Positions 1 through 9,309 of a stretch of DNA of 64,000 nt are shown here, piece by piece (the stretch's first letter is position 1; each line of letters begins with the position of its first letter). The notes under the pieces are model-generated. The model was not told where the DNA came from, searched no databases, and was given only the letters and a program-made list of their open reading frames with translations. The translations under genes and the position numbers were made by a program. The DNA comes from an uncultured Verrucomicrobiae bacterium (GTDB lineage: Bacteria; Verrucomicrobiota; Verrucomicrobiia; Chthoniobacterales; JAFAMB01): positions 480,001 to 544,000 of the forward strand of contig CAWEXO010000013.1 in the NCBI GenBank assembly GCA_963813025.1, read 5' to 3'.

Positions 1-1
1 T

Positions 2-634
2 GATCAGACCGAGGCAGGAAGCACATTACGTATCCTGACCCTCATCGATGAATGCACCAAGCAGTGTTTGGCCATCGAAGTGGGCCGATCAATCCGAGCA
101 GTTGATGCAATCAGAGTCTTGGGCAGAGCGATCCAACGCTACGGTCAGCCTGAACAAATCCGCAGCGACAATGGCCCGGAGTTCATCGCCCAAGCAATTC
201 GACAATGGATGAGGACAAGTCAAATTAAGAGCTTCTACATCCAGCCTGGTTCGCCTTGGGAACAAGCTTACATCGAGAGCTTTCAAGATAAGTTTCGCGA
301 CGAGTGCTTGAATGGGGAGCTCTTTGGAACGCCGGCCGAAGCGCGTGTGGTCATTGAGAGCTGGCGAAGAGAATACAACCAGCAGCGACCACATAGCGCG
401 CCGGGTTATCTGACGCCCGATGAGTTCGGCGCTCTGCAACCCGGAGCCACAACATCTTGCGAGCGCCAAAATGGGTGGCTGAAAACAAAAGGCACCCGCT
501 GGACTTCGGTCACACTCGGCTCCAATGCGCGACTTATCCACAATCGCCTTTCTCCGGCCCGTCGCGCTGCTGCGACGTCACGGACCCGTACCGGGCATTC
601 TCGCAGCACGCCGGTCCGGGGCGATTGTGGATAA
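2..634 (+). CDS. IS3-family transposase OrfB (DDE integrase core), 5'-partial
   Basis: Frame open from nt 2: LRILTLIDECTKQCLAIEV...IRSDNGPEF...PGSPWEQAYIESFQDKFRDECLN...YNQQRPHS. Confidence 0.93.
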   Translation, partial: DQTEAGSTLRILTLIDECTKQCLAIEVGRSIRAVDAIRVLGRAIQRYGQPEQIRSDNGPEFIAQAIRQWMRTSQIKSFYIQPGSPWEQAYIESFQDKFRDECLNGELFGTPAEARVVIESWRREYNQQRPHSAPGYLTPDEFGALQPGATTSCERQNGWLKTKGTRWTSVTLGSNARLIHNRLSPARRAAATSRTRTGHSRSTPVRGDCG

Positions 635-637
635 GTC
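531..637. repeat. Long imperfect palindrome in the IS3 3' region
   Basis: Perfect 18-bp inverted repeat GACTTATCCACAATCGCC (531-548) / GGCGATTGTGGATAAGTC (620-637), plus inner imperfect arms about 555-575 / 601-619. Confidence 0.9.
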
Positions 638-772
638 TGGACGCCGGCTTGTACTCACCTTTCGATCCCGAGAAGAACAGAAACAGAAAAAAGAACTGCA
701 GAACTGTAATTTAGAATTGTCCGCTCTGCGGGGTCACGGCAATGCGCCGCACCGAAATCCAATCCGCGCAGC

Positions 773-1606
773 ATGAAGGTTTCGCTTATTTTGGGGACAA
801 AGGCTCGGGTAAAGGAGGTTGACAGATTACTTCGATCGTTAGCTGATCAGGGCTACGACGATTTTGAGCTAATTGTCGTAGACCAAAACGAAGACGACCG
901 ACTCAAAAGCATATTACTTGGCTCGAAGATTTTTTCTCACATCATACATTTAAGGTCCGAACCAGGGATCTCCCGAGCACGAAATATCGGTTTAGGCTCA
1001 GCAATAGGTGACATCATAACGTTTCCAGACGATGATTGCTGGTATCCAGAGGGACTGCTCGCCTGGGTTCTCTCGGAGTTCCAGAACCATCCATCAGTCG
1101 ACGGTCTGACTGGACGTTCGGAAGACGGACGAGGACAAGCTTCTGGAGGCTCCTTCAAACGTCGCCAAGGCCGAGTCGATGTAAGGAACGTATGGAAGCA
1201 AGGGATTTCTTACACGATTTTTTTGCGATCGTCGGTCTGTGTCGCTGTAGGGGCTTTTGATGAAGAATTGGGCGTGGGAGCGTCCACCCCCTTCGGCTCA
1301 GGGGAAGAGACCGACTATCTCATTCGGGCGATCAAATTAGGATTTAATATCCAATATTTACCAGAACTGATAGTTTCTCATCCAAATCCGATTTTATATG
1401 ATCGAAATCACTGTAGTAAGGCGTTTCGTTACGGAGTCGGAATGGGGCGGGTGTTATCCAAGCATCGCTACAAGCTTTCCTTCAATCTTTATGCCATTTT
1501 GCGACCAGTAGCCGGCGCTTTAGTATCCCTGCTCACATGGCGAGCCCGGAAGGCCAGGTACCACCTGGCAATCGCGCGAGGCCGGCTATGCGGCTTATGG
1601 TCGTAG
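773..1606 (+). CDS. Glycosyltransferase family 2
   Basis: MKVSLILGT...ELIVVDQ...SRARNIG...FPDDDCWY...GEETD. Confidence 0.93.
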   Translation: MKVSLILGTKARVKEVDRLLRSLADQGYDDFELIVVDQNEDDRLKSILLGSKIFSHIIHLRSEPGISRARNIGLGSAIGDIITFPDDDCWYPEGLLAWVLSEFQNHPSVDGLTGRSEDGRGQASGGSFKRRQGRVDVRNVWKQGISYTIFLRSSVCVAVGAFDEELGVGASTPFGSGEETDYLIRAIKLGFNIQYLPELIVSHPNPILYDRNHCSKAFRYGVGMGRVLSKHRYKLSFNLYAILRPVAGALVSLLTWRARKARYHLAIARGRLCGLWS

Positions 1607-1651
1607 GAAGACAACCTTACCGGGGCGCGCGGCTAATGGGCGGCCAGACCG

Positions 1652-1682
1652 GTGTTAATCTGTGTAATTGTGTTAATCTGTG
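1652..1682. repeat. 13-bp direct repeat, two copies (GTGTTAATCTGTG, 18-bp period)
   Basis: Copies at 1652-1664 and 1670-1682, between two GT genes. Confidence 0.75.
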
Positions 1683-1688
1683 GTTCCA

Positions 1689-2582
1689 ATGGGAAGTGTT
1701 GACATAGCCATCATCATCGCGACAAAAGGTCGCCCTGAAACCCTGGCGGAGACGCTCCACTCCATCAAGCGGCAAACCCGCCCCGCTGCTCATGTTTACG
1801 TTAGCGTTAGCGCCCTCGAAGACGCTCCCCCGGGCGATTCTGCGGAAGGAACTATTGTGCTCGTCGGCTCGGCTGGAGGAAGCGCGCAGCGTAACGCCGC
1901 CATCCGGCAAGTGCCTCCCGAGGTGAAATACATTGCGTTTTTCGATGACGATGTGGAGATCCATCCCTCCTATCTCGAACAGGCGGTGAGGTTTTTCGAA
2001 AAAAAACCAGATGTAGTGGCAATTTCCGGCATGATGCTTGCCGACGGGAATATCTCTCGGGAGGCGGCCCGCGCTCTCTTGGAACAGGATGCGACCTGGG
2101 TGAGTAATCCTTACCTGCAGGACAGCGGGCCTCATCATGTTCTGTATGCCTGCAACGCGGTCATCAGAGCGGGGCCGCTGCGGGAAACGCTATTCGACGA
2201 AAATTTGCCGCTCTACAGTTACGGCGAAGACTACGAACTCTCTCTGCGCCTCAAGAAATTCGGGCGGGTCGGCCGCCTGTCCAACGCAGTCGGCGTCCAT
2301 TTGCAGACGCAGACCGCGCGTATTTCAGGCAAACGATATGGTTACGCCATAATCGCTAACAATTGGTATTTTCTCCAGAAAGGGGTGTGTCACCTTGCTG
2401 CTCCCTGGAGTTATGTCCGTTTCGTGCTGATCGTCGTCCTGAAGCCACTTTGGATCAACTTGAGGAATGCCCTTTCCGGGCAAATACAACGGGACCCTTG
2501 GGGACAGATTCAAGGCAATCTGCTTGCCGTCGTCGACATCATCTGCGGACGATCTTCTCCCCAGCGGATCCTTGATCTTTGA
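1689..2582 (+). CDS. Glycosyltransferase family 2 (paralog of 17346-18275)
   Basis: IIIATKGRP...AQRNAAI...FFDDDVE...FDENLPLYSYGEDYE; ATG 1689 chosen over GTG 1680. Confidence 0.9.
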   Translation: MGSVDIAIIIATKGRPETLAETLHSIKRQTRPAAHVYVSVSALEDAPPGDSAEGTIVLVGSAGGSAQRNAAIRQVPPEVKYIAFFDDDVEIHPSYLEQAVRFFEKKPDVVAISGMMLADGNISREAARALLEQDATWVSNPYLQDSGPHHVLYACNAVIRAGPLRETLFDENLPLYSYGEDYELSLRLKKFGRVGRLSNAVGVHLQTQTARISGKRYGYAIIANNWYFLQKGVCHLAAPWSYVRFVLIVVLKPLWINLRNALSGQIQRDPWGQIQGNLLAVVDIICGRSSPQRILDL

Positions 2583-2610
2583 TGAGCGGTCGAAAACGAG
2601 GTTGATCAGC

Positions 2611-2700
2611 GTGCGTATCATGCATTTCTTGAATCACACCCGATCAAGCAACGGTGATGTGCATGTTGCCGTCGACCTGGGATACGTTCAGTCAAGGATC
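2611..2700 (+). pseudogene. N-terminal stub of a GT4-like glycosyltransferase
   Basis: VRIMHFLNHTRSSNGDVHVAVDLGYVQSR resembles a GT4 N-terminus; a second copy of the stub is at 7515. Confidence 0.6.
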
Positions 2701-2860
2701 GCGCATTCGGCTGGATCATTTTTACTGTCGATCGCGCTGCTAAAGAGTGCGAATCTGTATACGATAGTCTGTTAAATTAAATAAGCGCGCCAATCTCGAT
2801 CTTCAGGGAAACTGCCATGTCTGTTTCGCCGTTCCAAAACATAGCCTTATATGACACATA

Positions 2861-3990
2861 CTAGTACTTAGTTGCTTTAGTTCTTTATATTTATGAAAAA
2901 TTATGATTTGTTGGATGGATGGCAATGGGTTGCATCAAACTTTCTGTGGAAAACCGCAAGCTCTTGGAGGGTTGGAGTCGAGCGCAACGGGTCGAACACC
3001 GGCTCAAGGTCAGGAGTCAGATTATCTTGAAGGCGGCAGCGGGCTTGAGTGGACGTGCGATTGCCAAGAGCCTGCGCATTCCCGAGGTGACGGTGAGTAA
3101 ATGGCGGCGGCGCTTTGTGCGCCAAGGCCTGGCTGGCTTGGAAGACGCGCCACGCAGTGGAAAGCCGGCCAAGTATGATCAAATGACGGTCAAGCGGGTC
3201 TTGGCGCTGCTGGATGAAGATCCACCGGCGGGCTACGGGCGCTGGAATGGGCGACTGCTGGCGCAGAGTCTGGCCGATGTTTCCTCCGATCAAGTCTGGC
3301 GCATTTTGCGCCAACAAGGCATTGAATTGGAACGGCGCCGCAGCTGGTGCATTTCCACCGATCCGGAGTTTGTGCGCAAGGCCGCTGACATTGTCGGTCT
3401 TTATCTCAATCCGCCCCAGAATGCGCTCATCTTGGCCATTGATGAAAAACCAGCCATTCAAGCCCTGGAAAGAGCCCAAGGTTGGATTCGCTTGCCCAAT
3501 GGCAGGGCGCTGACGGGTTTTAGCCACGAGTACAAGCGCCATGGCACCTCCACTCTCTTTGCCGCCCTCAACATTGCCAGCGGCCAAGTGCAGGCTGGTC
3601 ATTACCGGCGCCAGCGCCGACGGGAATTCCTGGAGTTTATGAACCAGGTAGTTGCCGGAAATCTCGACAAAGAAATTCATGTGGTCTTAGACAACCTTGC
3701 GACCCATAAGCCAAAGCAAGATCGCTGGTTGAAGGCTCACCCCAATGTGCATTTTCATTTCACTCCAACCCACGCTTCTTGGCTCAACCAGATTGAGATC
3801 TGGTTTAGTATCTTGAGCCGCCAAGCCCTCCAGGGGGCAAACTTCACCAGCGTGGCAGAGCTGCGCAACGCCATCGACACCTTCATCAAGAACTACAATA
3901 ACAATGCGGCTCCCTTCGAATGGACCAAATCCCAGGTACATCAGGGGAAAGTCGCCATACATATAACTAACTTACGCAATTAGGCACTAG
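2861..3990 (+). mobile_element. IS630-family insertion sequence
   Basis: Terminal IRs CTAGTACTTAGTTGCTTTAGTT / revcomp CTAGTGCCTAATTGCGTAAGTT; CTAG (TA target) at both ends. Confidence 0.93.
2919..3983 (+). CDS. IS630-family transposase
   Basis: HTH followed by DEKPAIQAL, HEYKRHGT, VLDNLATHK, TPTHASWLNQIEIWF. Confidence 0.96.
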   Translation: MAMGCIKLSVENRKLLEGWSRAQRVEHRLKVRSQIILKAAAGLSGRAIAKSLRIPEVTVSKWRRRFVRQGLAGLEDAPRSGKPAKYDQMTVKRVLALLDEDPPAGYGRWNGRLLAQSLADVSSDQVWRILRQQGIELERRRSWCISTDPEFVRKAADIVGLYLNPPQNALILAIDEKPAIQALERAQGWIRLPNGRALTGFSHEYKRHGTSTLFAALNIASGQVQAGHYRRQRRREFLEFMNQVVAGNLDKEIHVVLDNLATHKPKQDRWLKAHPNVHFHFTPTHASWLNQIEIWFSILSRQALQGANFTSVAELRNAIDTFIKNYNNNAAPFEWTKSQVHQGKVAIHITNLRN

Positions 3991-4012
3991 AATCTCTGCG
4001 GCGCTCGTTTTT

Positions 4013-4882
4013 TTGGTGATATTCAGCTCGCCCCGGTTCTCCTCGCTGCAGGCCCAGGTGAAAGAGGGGGCCAAATGGCTTTCAGGCCCCGATCTTAGCG
4101 GTTATACATTGACCTTTGACGAGGAATTTAGCAGGCCACTGAGTGTATCAGGCTACGGACCGGGCACGAAATGGATTGCGCACACTCCGTACGGAGGCGA
4201 CTTTGGAGATGCCTGGTTTACCGATCCGACGGATTCGCCTTCGCCGTTCAAGATTAAAGATGGAATTCTGGATATTACAGCTTCGAAGGACCCCAAGCAC
4301 AACAACCACTGGAGGTCTGGGCTTTTGTCTTCGGTAGATACCACCGGAAAGGGCTTTTCTCAAGCCCTCGGTTACTATGAGGCACGGATGCAGCTTCCTG
4401 CGGGGCCGGGCGTTTGGCCGGCTTTTTGGCTCAATGGTCTGGGGAATCTGAAGACTCCAAAGACGAAATTTGCCGAAGTCGATATACTCGAAGAATATGG
4501 AGTCGATCCCCGGATTGCGCATCAGACCGTTCATGTCTGGAATACCAATGGGAGCGAATACTCCGCGATAGGCCATTCGAGCGCGTGTCAGGGAATGACG
4601 ACTGGTTTCCATACTTACGGTGCGTTGATCAAATCAGATTATATTCACTTTTACTTTGATGGGGTGGAACAATGGAAAACGCCGACTCCGCCCGAGACGA
4701 AAGAGCCGCTCTATGTCATGGTGGACCTCGCCTTGGGAGGAGGCTGGCCCATTGACCAGACACCCGATCCATCTCATCTCTATGTCAAGTACATCCGCGT
4801 CTACGCACCTCCTGGCGGCGCCACACTTTCCGGTACCGGACGAAACATCGGTTCAGTGAATGATCGGCGCGACCCCTTATAA
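4013..4882 (+). CDS. Glycoside hydrolase family 16; its original 5' end (ATG 2851) is separated by the IS630
   Basis: FDEEF, GYYEARMQLP, GVWPAFW, catalytic EVDILE, FHTYG, FYFDG. Confidence 0.9.
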   Translation: MVIFSSPRFSSLQAQVKEGAKWLSGPDLSGYTLTFDEEFSRPLSVSGYGPGTKWIAHTPYGGDFGDAWFTDPTDSPSPFKIKDGILDITASKDPKHNNHWRSGLLSSVDTTGKGFSQALGYYEARMQLPAGPGVWPAFWLNGLGNLKTPKTKFAEVDILEEYGVDPRIAHQTVHVWNTNGSEYSAIGHSSACQGMTTGFHTYGALIKSDYIHFYFDGVEQWKTPTPPETKEPLYVMVDLALGGGWPIDQTPDPSHLYVKYIRVYAPPGGATLSGTGRNIGSVNDRRDPL

Positions 4883-5029
4883 TAGTTGGACGATCAGGCG
4901 AGCGATTGTACGGATCGCCATACACGGTCCAACGTGTATCCGTTTTGCCAAGCCGTCTTCTGCTGATCATCGTGGTGCAGCGACTGTGGATAAATTTAAG
5001 GGGAAGCGACGCGAGCATCCAGTCCTCCA

Positions 5030-6058
5030 ATGATGTTAGAACCTTGTGTTAATCTACGTACGCTTGGATACCGCATCACGGGTGTTCAGAGATATTTGCT
5101 CAACCTTTTGCCTTACATGCCTGCGGAGTTGGGTTCAGTGAAACCGTCACACGCGTTGCAGGGGATGAAAGGCCATCTCTGGGAGCAACTTTACCTCCCT
5201 ACTCAACTACGGCGCCGGCTGCTGTGGAGCCCCGGGAATACCGGCCCTCTTGCAGTAAGCCGGCAAGTGTTGACGGTACACGATGCTGCCAGTCTTGATC
5301 ATCCTGAATGGTTCGAGCGGAAGTTCGCTCTGTGGTATGGAGCTTTACTGCCACGTCTGATCCGGAAGGTGCGCGCGATCATCACGGTTTCTCATTTTTC
5401 CAGGGAACGGATCGTTCGGCACACGGGGGTGGCACCAGAGCGTGTTCAAGTTATCTTCAACGGAGTTGACCGATGTTTTCGCCCGGTAGATCCCAAGATC
5501 GTCGAACAGGTGAGGACGGAATTGGATCTCAATGGTCCATACATTCTGTTCGTGGGTTCACTTGAGCCTCGAAAGAATTTAAAAACCCTGCTGAAAGCCT
5601 GGCGGTTGGCCGGTTTTGACAGAACAACCTTGGCGGTGGTGGGAGCGAGCGGCCATCTTTTCGCCAGATTGCAGTTCGACTCCATACCGGACAGAGTCCG
5701 ATTCCTCGGCTCCGTGGAGGACGAAGTACTACCGGCTCTTTATTCTGGCGCGAGGGGATTCGTTTATCCTTCTCTTTATGAAGGATTCGGCATGCCTCCA
5801 CTCGAGGCCATGGCCTGCGGCTGTCCGGTTATCGTCTCGGATATTTCCGTGCAGCGAGAAGTATGTGGAGCAGCTGCTACCTATTTTGACCCGTTCAGGC
5901 CGGAAGATATTTTAAGCAAGTTGGACGCCATGTTGCGGCTTGATCCAGCGGCACGAAGGTCGGTGGTAGAATGCGGACTGCACCGCGCGGCTGGCTATCG
6001 TTGGGAGACCGCTGCCTCGGAGACGTGGCGCTTACTTGAGACCGCGTTGAGTAGCTGA
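5030..6058 (+). CDS. Glycosyltransferase family 4 (MtfB-like)
   Basis: TGVQRY, WEQLYLP, GSLEPRKN, PSLYEGFGMPPLEAMACG. Confidence 0.93.
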   Translation: MMLEPCVNLRTLGYRITGVQRYLLNLLPYMPAELGSVKPSHALQGMKGHLWEQLYLPTQLRRRLLWSPGNTGPLAVSRQVLTVHDAASLDHPEWFERKFALWYGALLPRLIRKVRAIITVSHFSRERIVRHTGVAPERVQVIFNGVDRCFRPVDPKIVEQVRTELDLNGPYILFVGSLEPRKNLKTLLKAWRLAGFDRTTLAVVGASGHLFARLQFDSIPDRVRFLGSVEDEVLPALYSGARGFVYPSLYEGFGMPPLEAMACGCPVIVSDISVQREVCGAAATYFDPFRPEDILSKLDAMLRLDPAARRSVVECGLHRAAGYRWETAASETWRLLETALSS

Positions 6059-6080
6059 GCTGAGAGGCGAAGCACCATCG

Positions 6081-6323
6081 CGGTCAGCTCGGAAATCTGA
6101 CCCTACCCGAGCCGCACAACCGGAGCAAGAGCAACTTCGGTTTGGTAGGGTCGCATCTCCGAGGCGACCGCCCCCGGCGCAGCTCGCCCCCCTCGTCCAG
6201 CGGCCGCCGGACTACGGAACTACGGCGCCCCCTGAAGAATTGCGTTGCATCAATTCTTGAGGGCCACGTGATCGGATCTGGACCGACATAGCTTCGGCGA
6301 CGTCGGCGAGATCTGACCCTACC
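6081..6323. repeat. Three GTAG-type REP-like elements
   Basis: CGGTCAGCTCGGAAATCTGACCCTACC (6081-6107), inverted GGTAGGGTCGCATCTCCGAGGCGACCG (6144-6170), CGGCGAGATCTGACCCTACC (to 6323); GTAG followed by a GC-rich hairpin. Confidence 0.8.
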
Positions 6324-6352
6324 AGAGGTCGCGGCAGCAATACCTAGAAGAT

Positions 6353-7495
6353 ATGCGAGTAGCGATAGTTCATCATTGGTTCATTTCTCGTGCTGGTGGC
6401 GAGCGGGTAGTCGACACCATCGCAACCCTTTTCCCCAGCGCCGACGTATTCACCCTCTTCCTCGAGAAGCAGAAGCTTTCGCCGGCGCTACACAAACATA
6501 AGATAACCACATCCTTTCTCGACAAAGCTCCAGCAGCGCGCAGAGCACATCGCCACTTTCTACCATTTTTTCCGCTAGCGGTTGAAATGTTAGATCTGAG
6601 CGGTTATGACCTGGTCATCACTTCCGATAGTGGGCCCATGAAAGGCGTGCTTACGGATCCCCAGGCAACGCATATCTGCTATTGCCATTCTCCTATGCGT
6701 TACCTCTGGGATGGACACTCTGCATATCTGCGCGGCATGTCCCCGCTCACCCAGACAATCTTCGGGATTGCGTCTCATTATGTCCGGAACTGGGACTACG
6801 CTGCAGCGCAGAGAGTAGATCACTTCATAGCGAATTCCCGCTATGTCGCTGGGCGTATTCGCAAGTATTATCGGCGCGACAGCACCATCATTCATCCGCC
6901 CATCAATACTTCCCAAGGTTTCCTCGCCACCAATCATGAAGATTACTACCTGGCGGTCGGACGGCTGGTTCCGTACAAACGCACGGATATCTTAGTGGAC
7001 GCTTGTCGGGAGCTAGGCAGAAAGTTAGTGATTGTGGGCGATGGATCGGAAATGAAGCGGCTCAAGAAACGTTCAGGGAAAAATGTTGAATTCCTGGGAG
7101 AGGTTGACGAATCCCAATTGAGAAATGTCTATGCTCATTGCCGGGCGCTCCTCTTCGCCGCTGACGAAGATTTTGGCATAGTACCATTGGAGGCGCAATC
7201 ATACGGCCGGCCAGTGATCGCATTTGGAAAAGGGGGTTCCCTGGAAACGGTCATCGGTACCTATACCCCGATTCTGGAGGAGAAAACCGGAGAAGATGAA
7301 GCGATTACCGGCATCTTTTTCCGGGAACAAACAGCCGCTTCGCTCGCCAACGCAATTCTTTCCTTCGAGTCCTGCGAGGAGATGTTCCTTCCCCACCATA
7401 TCCAGTTACATGCCCGCCATTTTGACACCTCTATTTTTCTAGATCGCATGCGGAACTATATAAATTGCGTAACGGCACAACCCTGTAATTCTTAA
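6353..7495 (+). CDS. Glycosyltransferase family 4 (WbaZ/ExpE7-like)
   Basis: MRVAIVHHW..GGERV, YCHSPMRYLWD, RLVPYKR, EDFGIVPLEAQ. Confidence 0.93.
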   Translation: MRVAIVHHWFISRAGGERVVDTIATLFPSADVFTLFLEKQKLSPALHKHKITTSFLDKAPAARRAHRHFLPFFPLAVEMLDLSGYDLVITSDSGPMKGVLTDPQATHICYCHSPMRYLWDGHSAYLRGMSPLTQTIFGIASHYVRNWDYAAAQRVDHFIANSRYVAGRIRKYYRRDSTIIHPPINTSQGFLATNHEDYYLAVGRLVPYKRTDILVDACRELGRKLVIVGDGSEMKRLKKRSGKNVEFLGEVDESQLRNVYAHCRALLFAADEDFGIVPLEAQSYGRPVIAFGKGGSLETVIGTYTPILEEKTGEDEAITGIFFREQTAASLANAILSFESCEEMFLPHHIQLHARHFDTSIFLDRMRNYINCVTAQPCNS

Positions 7496-7514
7496 ATTCT
7501 AAAGGTTGATCAAA

Positions 7515-7568
7515 ATGCGTATCATGCATTTCTTGAATCACACCCAGCCGAGTAACGGTCACGTGCCC
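7515..7568 (+). pseudogene. Second GT4 N-terminal stub
   Basis: MRIMHFLNHTQPSNGHV; 30 nt identical to 2612-2641. Confidence 0.55.
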
Positions 7569-7940
7569 TCCGGGACACACCGCCGCCAACTCACTGCACT
7601 CGGACGAAGGACGGCGCTGTTCTCAGGTTGGATTTTATTGGCCAGGCCACAGACTTGGAACTGATTTAAGTGACACGTCAAAATGTAGTGTTTGCGTCGG
7701 AAACAGTACTATGATTCACTTGCTCGTCGTTTTTCCGTTTCAGTACCGTTGCAGCAAGTCACGAGCGAGTCATATCCAGTGGTGGTGATGCCGAGTTTTG
7801 AGGGAGCCAAACTGAACGCAAAAAGCCAGGTGCCTGCGGAGATTGGCGACGTGACTATCACTTTCAACGATGGCCGGAGTTCGAATATATGCGTCTCTGC
7901 TGGATTACGGTCGCGCGCGCGCGGATAGCTATTCTTCTCC

Positions 7941-8990
7941 ATGACTTCCACGGCCAAAGTCTCAGTGGTCATTCCCATCAAGGGTCGCCCGCAGCTATTC
8001 GAGTTGACGGCACAATCGCTCGTTGAGCAAACTTATCCTCACTGGGAGGCGGTGGTGGTGGACGATGGTTCCAGTGCGGATGAATTCAGGCGGATTGCGG
8101 AGATCGCGGGCCGCGACCAACGCATGAGACTGACGAAAAACCCCGGCCCGCGGCGTGGGGCGTCCGCGTGCCGAAATGCCGGACTGGCCGCCAGTTGCGG
8201 GGAGTACGTTGTGTTTTTGGATGGCGACGATGCGCTGGCGCCGACCTGTCTGCAACGCCGTGTCGAGGTGATGAAGTCAACCCCGAAGGTTGATTTTGCC
8301 GTTTTCCCAACCTGGATCTTTCGCGCAATACCCGGAGACACCCGGCTTTTCTGGAACCAATTCACGTCGGAAAATGATCTCGACCGATTTCTTCGTTTCG
8401 ACCCATCGTGGCATACATCTGGTCCGATTTGGAAAAAAACGAGCCTCCGTCAAAAGGGTCCATGGGATGAACGCGCTCTCTGCGCGCAAGATTGGGAGTT
8501 TCACATTCGTGCCATCGCGGCAGGATTGAGCTATATCAAGGTTCCCGAACCGGATTCATTTTGGCGGGTTTCGGAGGCCCGCTCGATCAGTTGCTCCTGG
8601 GCGAGCCGGCGCCATGTGTGTAATCGGGTCCGACTCTTCAAACGAGTGATCGCGTCTCTTCGCTCAGAGGGTGCGTTAACTGGGCGGCGGCGGCGGATCC
8701 TCGCGGGGGAGTTTTGTGTTCATGCGTTCCGCTCTGGACTCAACCGCCGCCTAGGATTGAAAATCTGGCGCGCGGGACGGCGAACGAGAGTTGTGGGGTC
8801 GCTCGAATTCATGGCTGTGCTGGCGAGCGAATGCGCGTGCTGGATGTGCGAGCGGCTTTTATTTCCGGAATTGCGAATGATCAGGACACACCTCGTGGCG
8901 ACGACCCCGGCTGCGCCCAGGGATCAGCGCGCGACGGATCGTGAACGGGATTCCACTGTGCCAGAGGCGCTCATGGCCGGAGATCGCTAA
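7941..8990 (+). CDS. Glycosyltransferase family 2
   Basis: VSVVIP, VVDDGS, RNAGL, FLDGDD, QDWEF. Confidence 0.93.
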   Translation: MTSTAKVSVVIPIKGRPQLFELTAQSLVEQTYPHWEAVVVDDGSSADEFRRIAEIAGRDQRMRLTKNPGPRRGASACRNAGLAASCGEYVVFLDGDDALAPTCLQRRVEVMKSTPKVDFAVFPTWIFRAIPGDTRLFWNQFTSENDLDRFLRFDPSWHTSGPIWKKTSLRQKGPWDERALCAQDWEFHIRAIAAGLSYIKVPEPDSFWRVSEARSISCSWASRRHVCNRVRLFKRVIASLRSEGALTGRRRRILAGEFCVHAFRSGLNRRLGLKIWRAGRRTRVVGSLEFMAVLASECACWMCERLLFPELRMIRTHLVATTPAAPRDQRATDRERDSTVPEALMAGDR

Positions 8991-9033
8991 AGACCGCATT
9001 GGGAGAAAGGGAAGCCAGTTGAACGCGGACTGA

Positions 9034-9137
9034 TGGCTCGGGAACGAAATCTTCTTAATTGGGCGGCTTTTCGAGTGCGGAAGAGCTTTCGGCGCTTAGC
9101 AAATGTCCGCAACCGGGCGAGTAAGGATCCAGCATGA
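9034..9137 (+). pseudogene. 3' stub of a polysaccharide deacetylase paralog
   Basis: ARERNLLNWAAFRVRKSFRRLANVRNRASKDPA* matches the C-terminus at 14290-14393. Confidence 0.7.
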
Positions 9138-9309
9138 TCTTCGAAATTTAGGCTAAGGCCAGCTCCGAATGGCGCCAACATAAGGTGGAAAAAGCGAGGT
9201 TCTTCTCGAGTTCTCGAATACTTGAGTTCTTGAGTATCCCGGCTGCATCTTCCTTCGAGCAATTTCTGTCTTAGCCAACGAACGCCAAATATTTCGCCTT
9301 ACTTATTCC

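Larger units (their letters stand above)
1..741 (+). mobile_element. IS3-family insertion sequence, right part (runs off the window start)
   Basis: Integrase-core ORF followed by a ...GGGGTCACGGCA end at about 741 (IS3 ends in CA); right boundary is approximate. Confidence 0.75.

Noticed and set aside
531..637. Replication origin suggested by DnaA boxes
   Set aside because: Only two boxes, inside an IS, with no AT-rich unwinding region or dnaA/rep gene; the lone box near 4985 is compatible with chance
2901..3680. 259-aa antisense ORF over the IS630 transposase (and similar shadow ORFs throughout)
   Set aside because: Antisense shadow ORFs are expected in GC-rich coding DNA; no independent motifs
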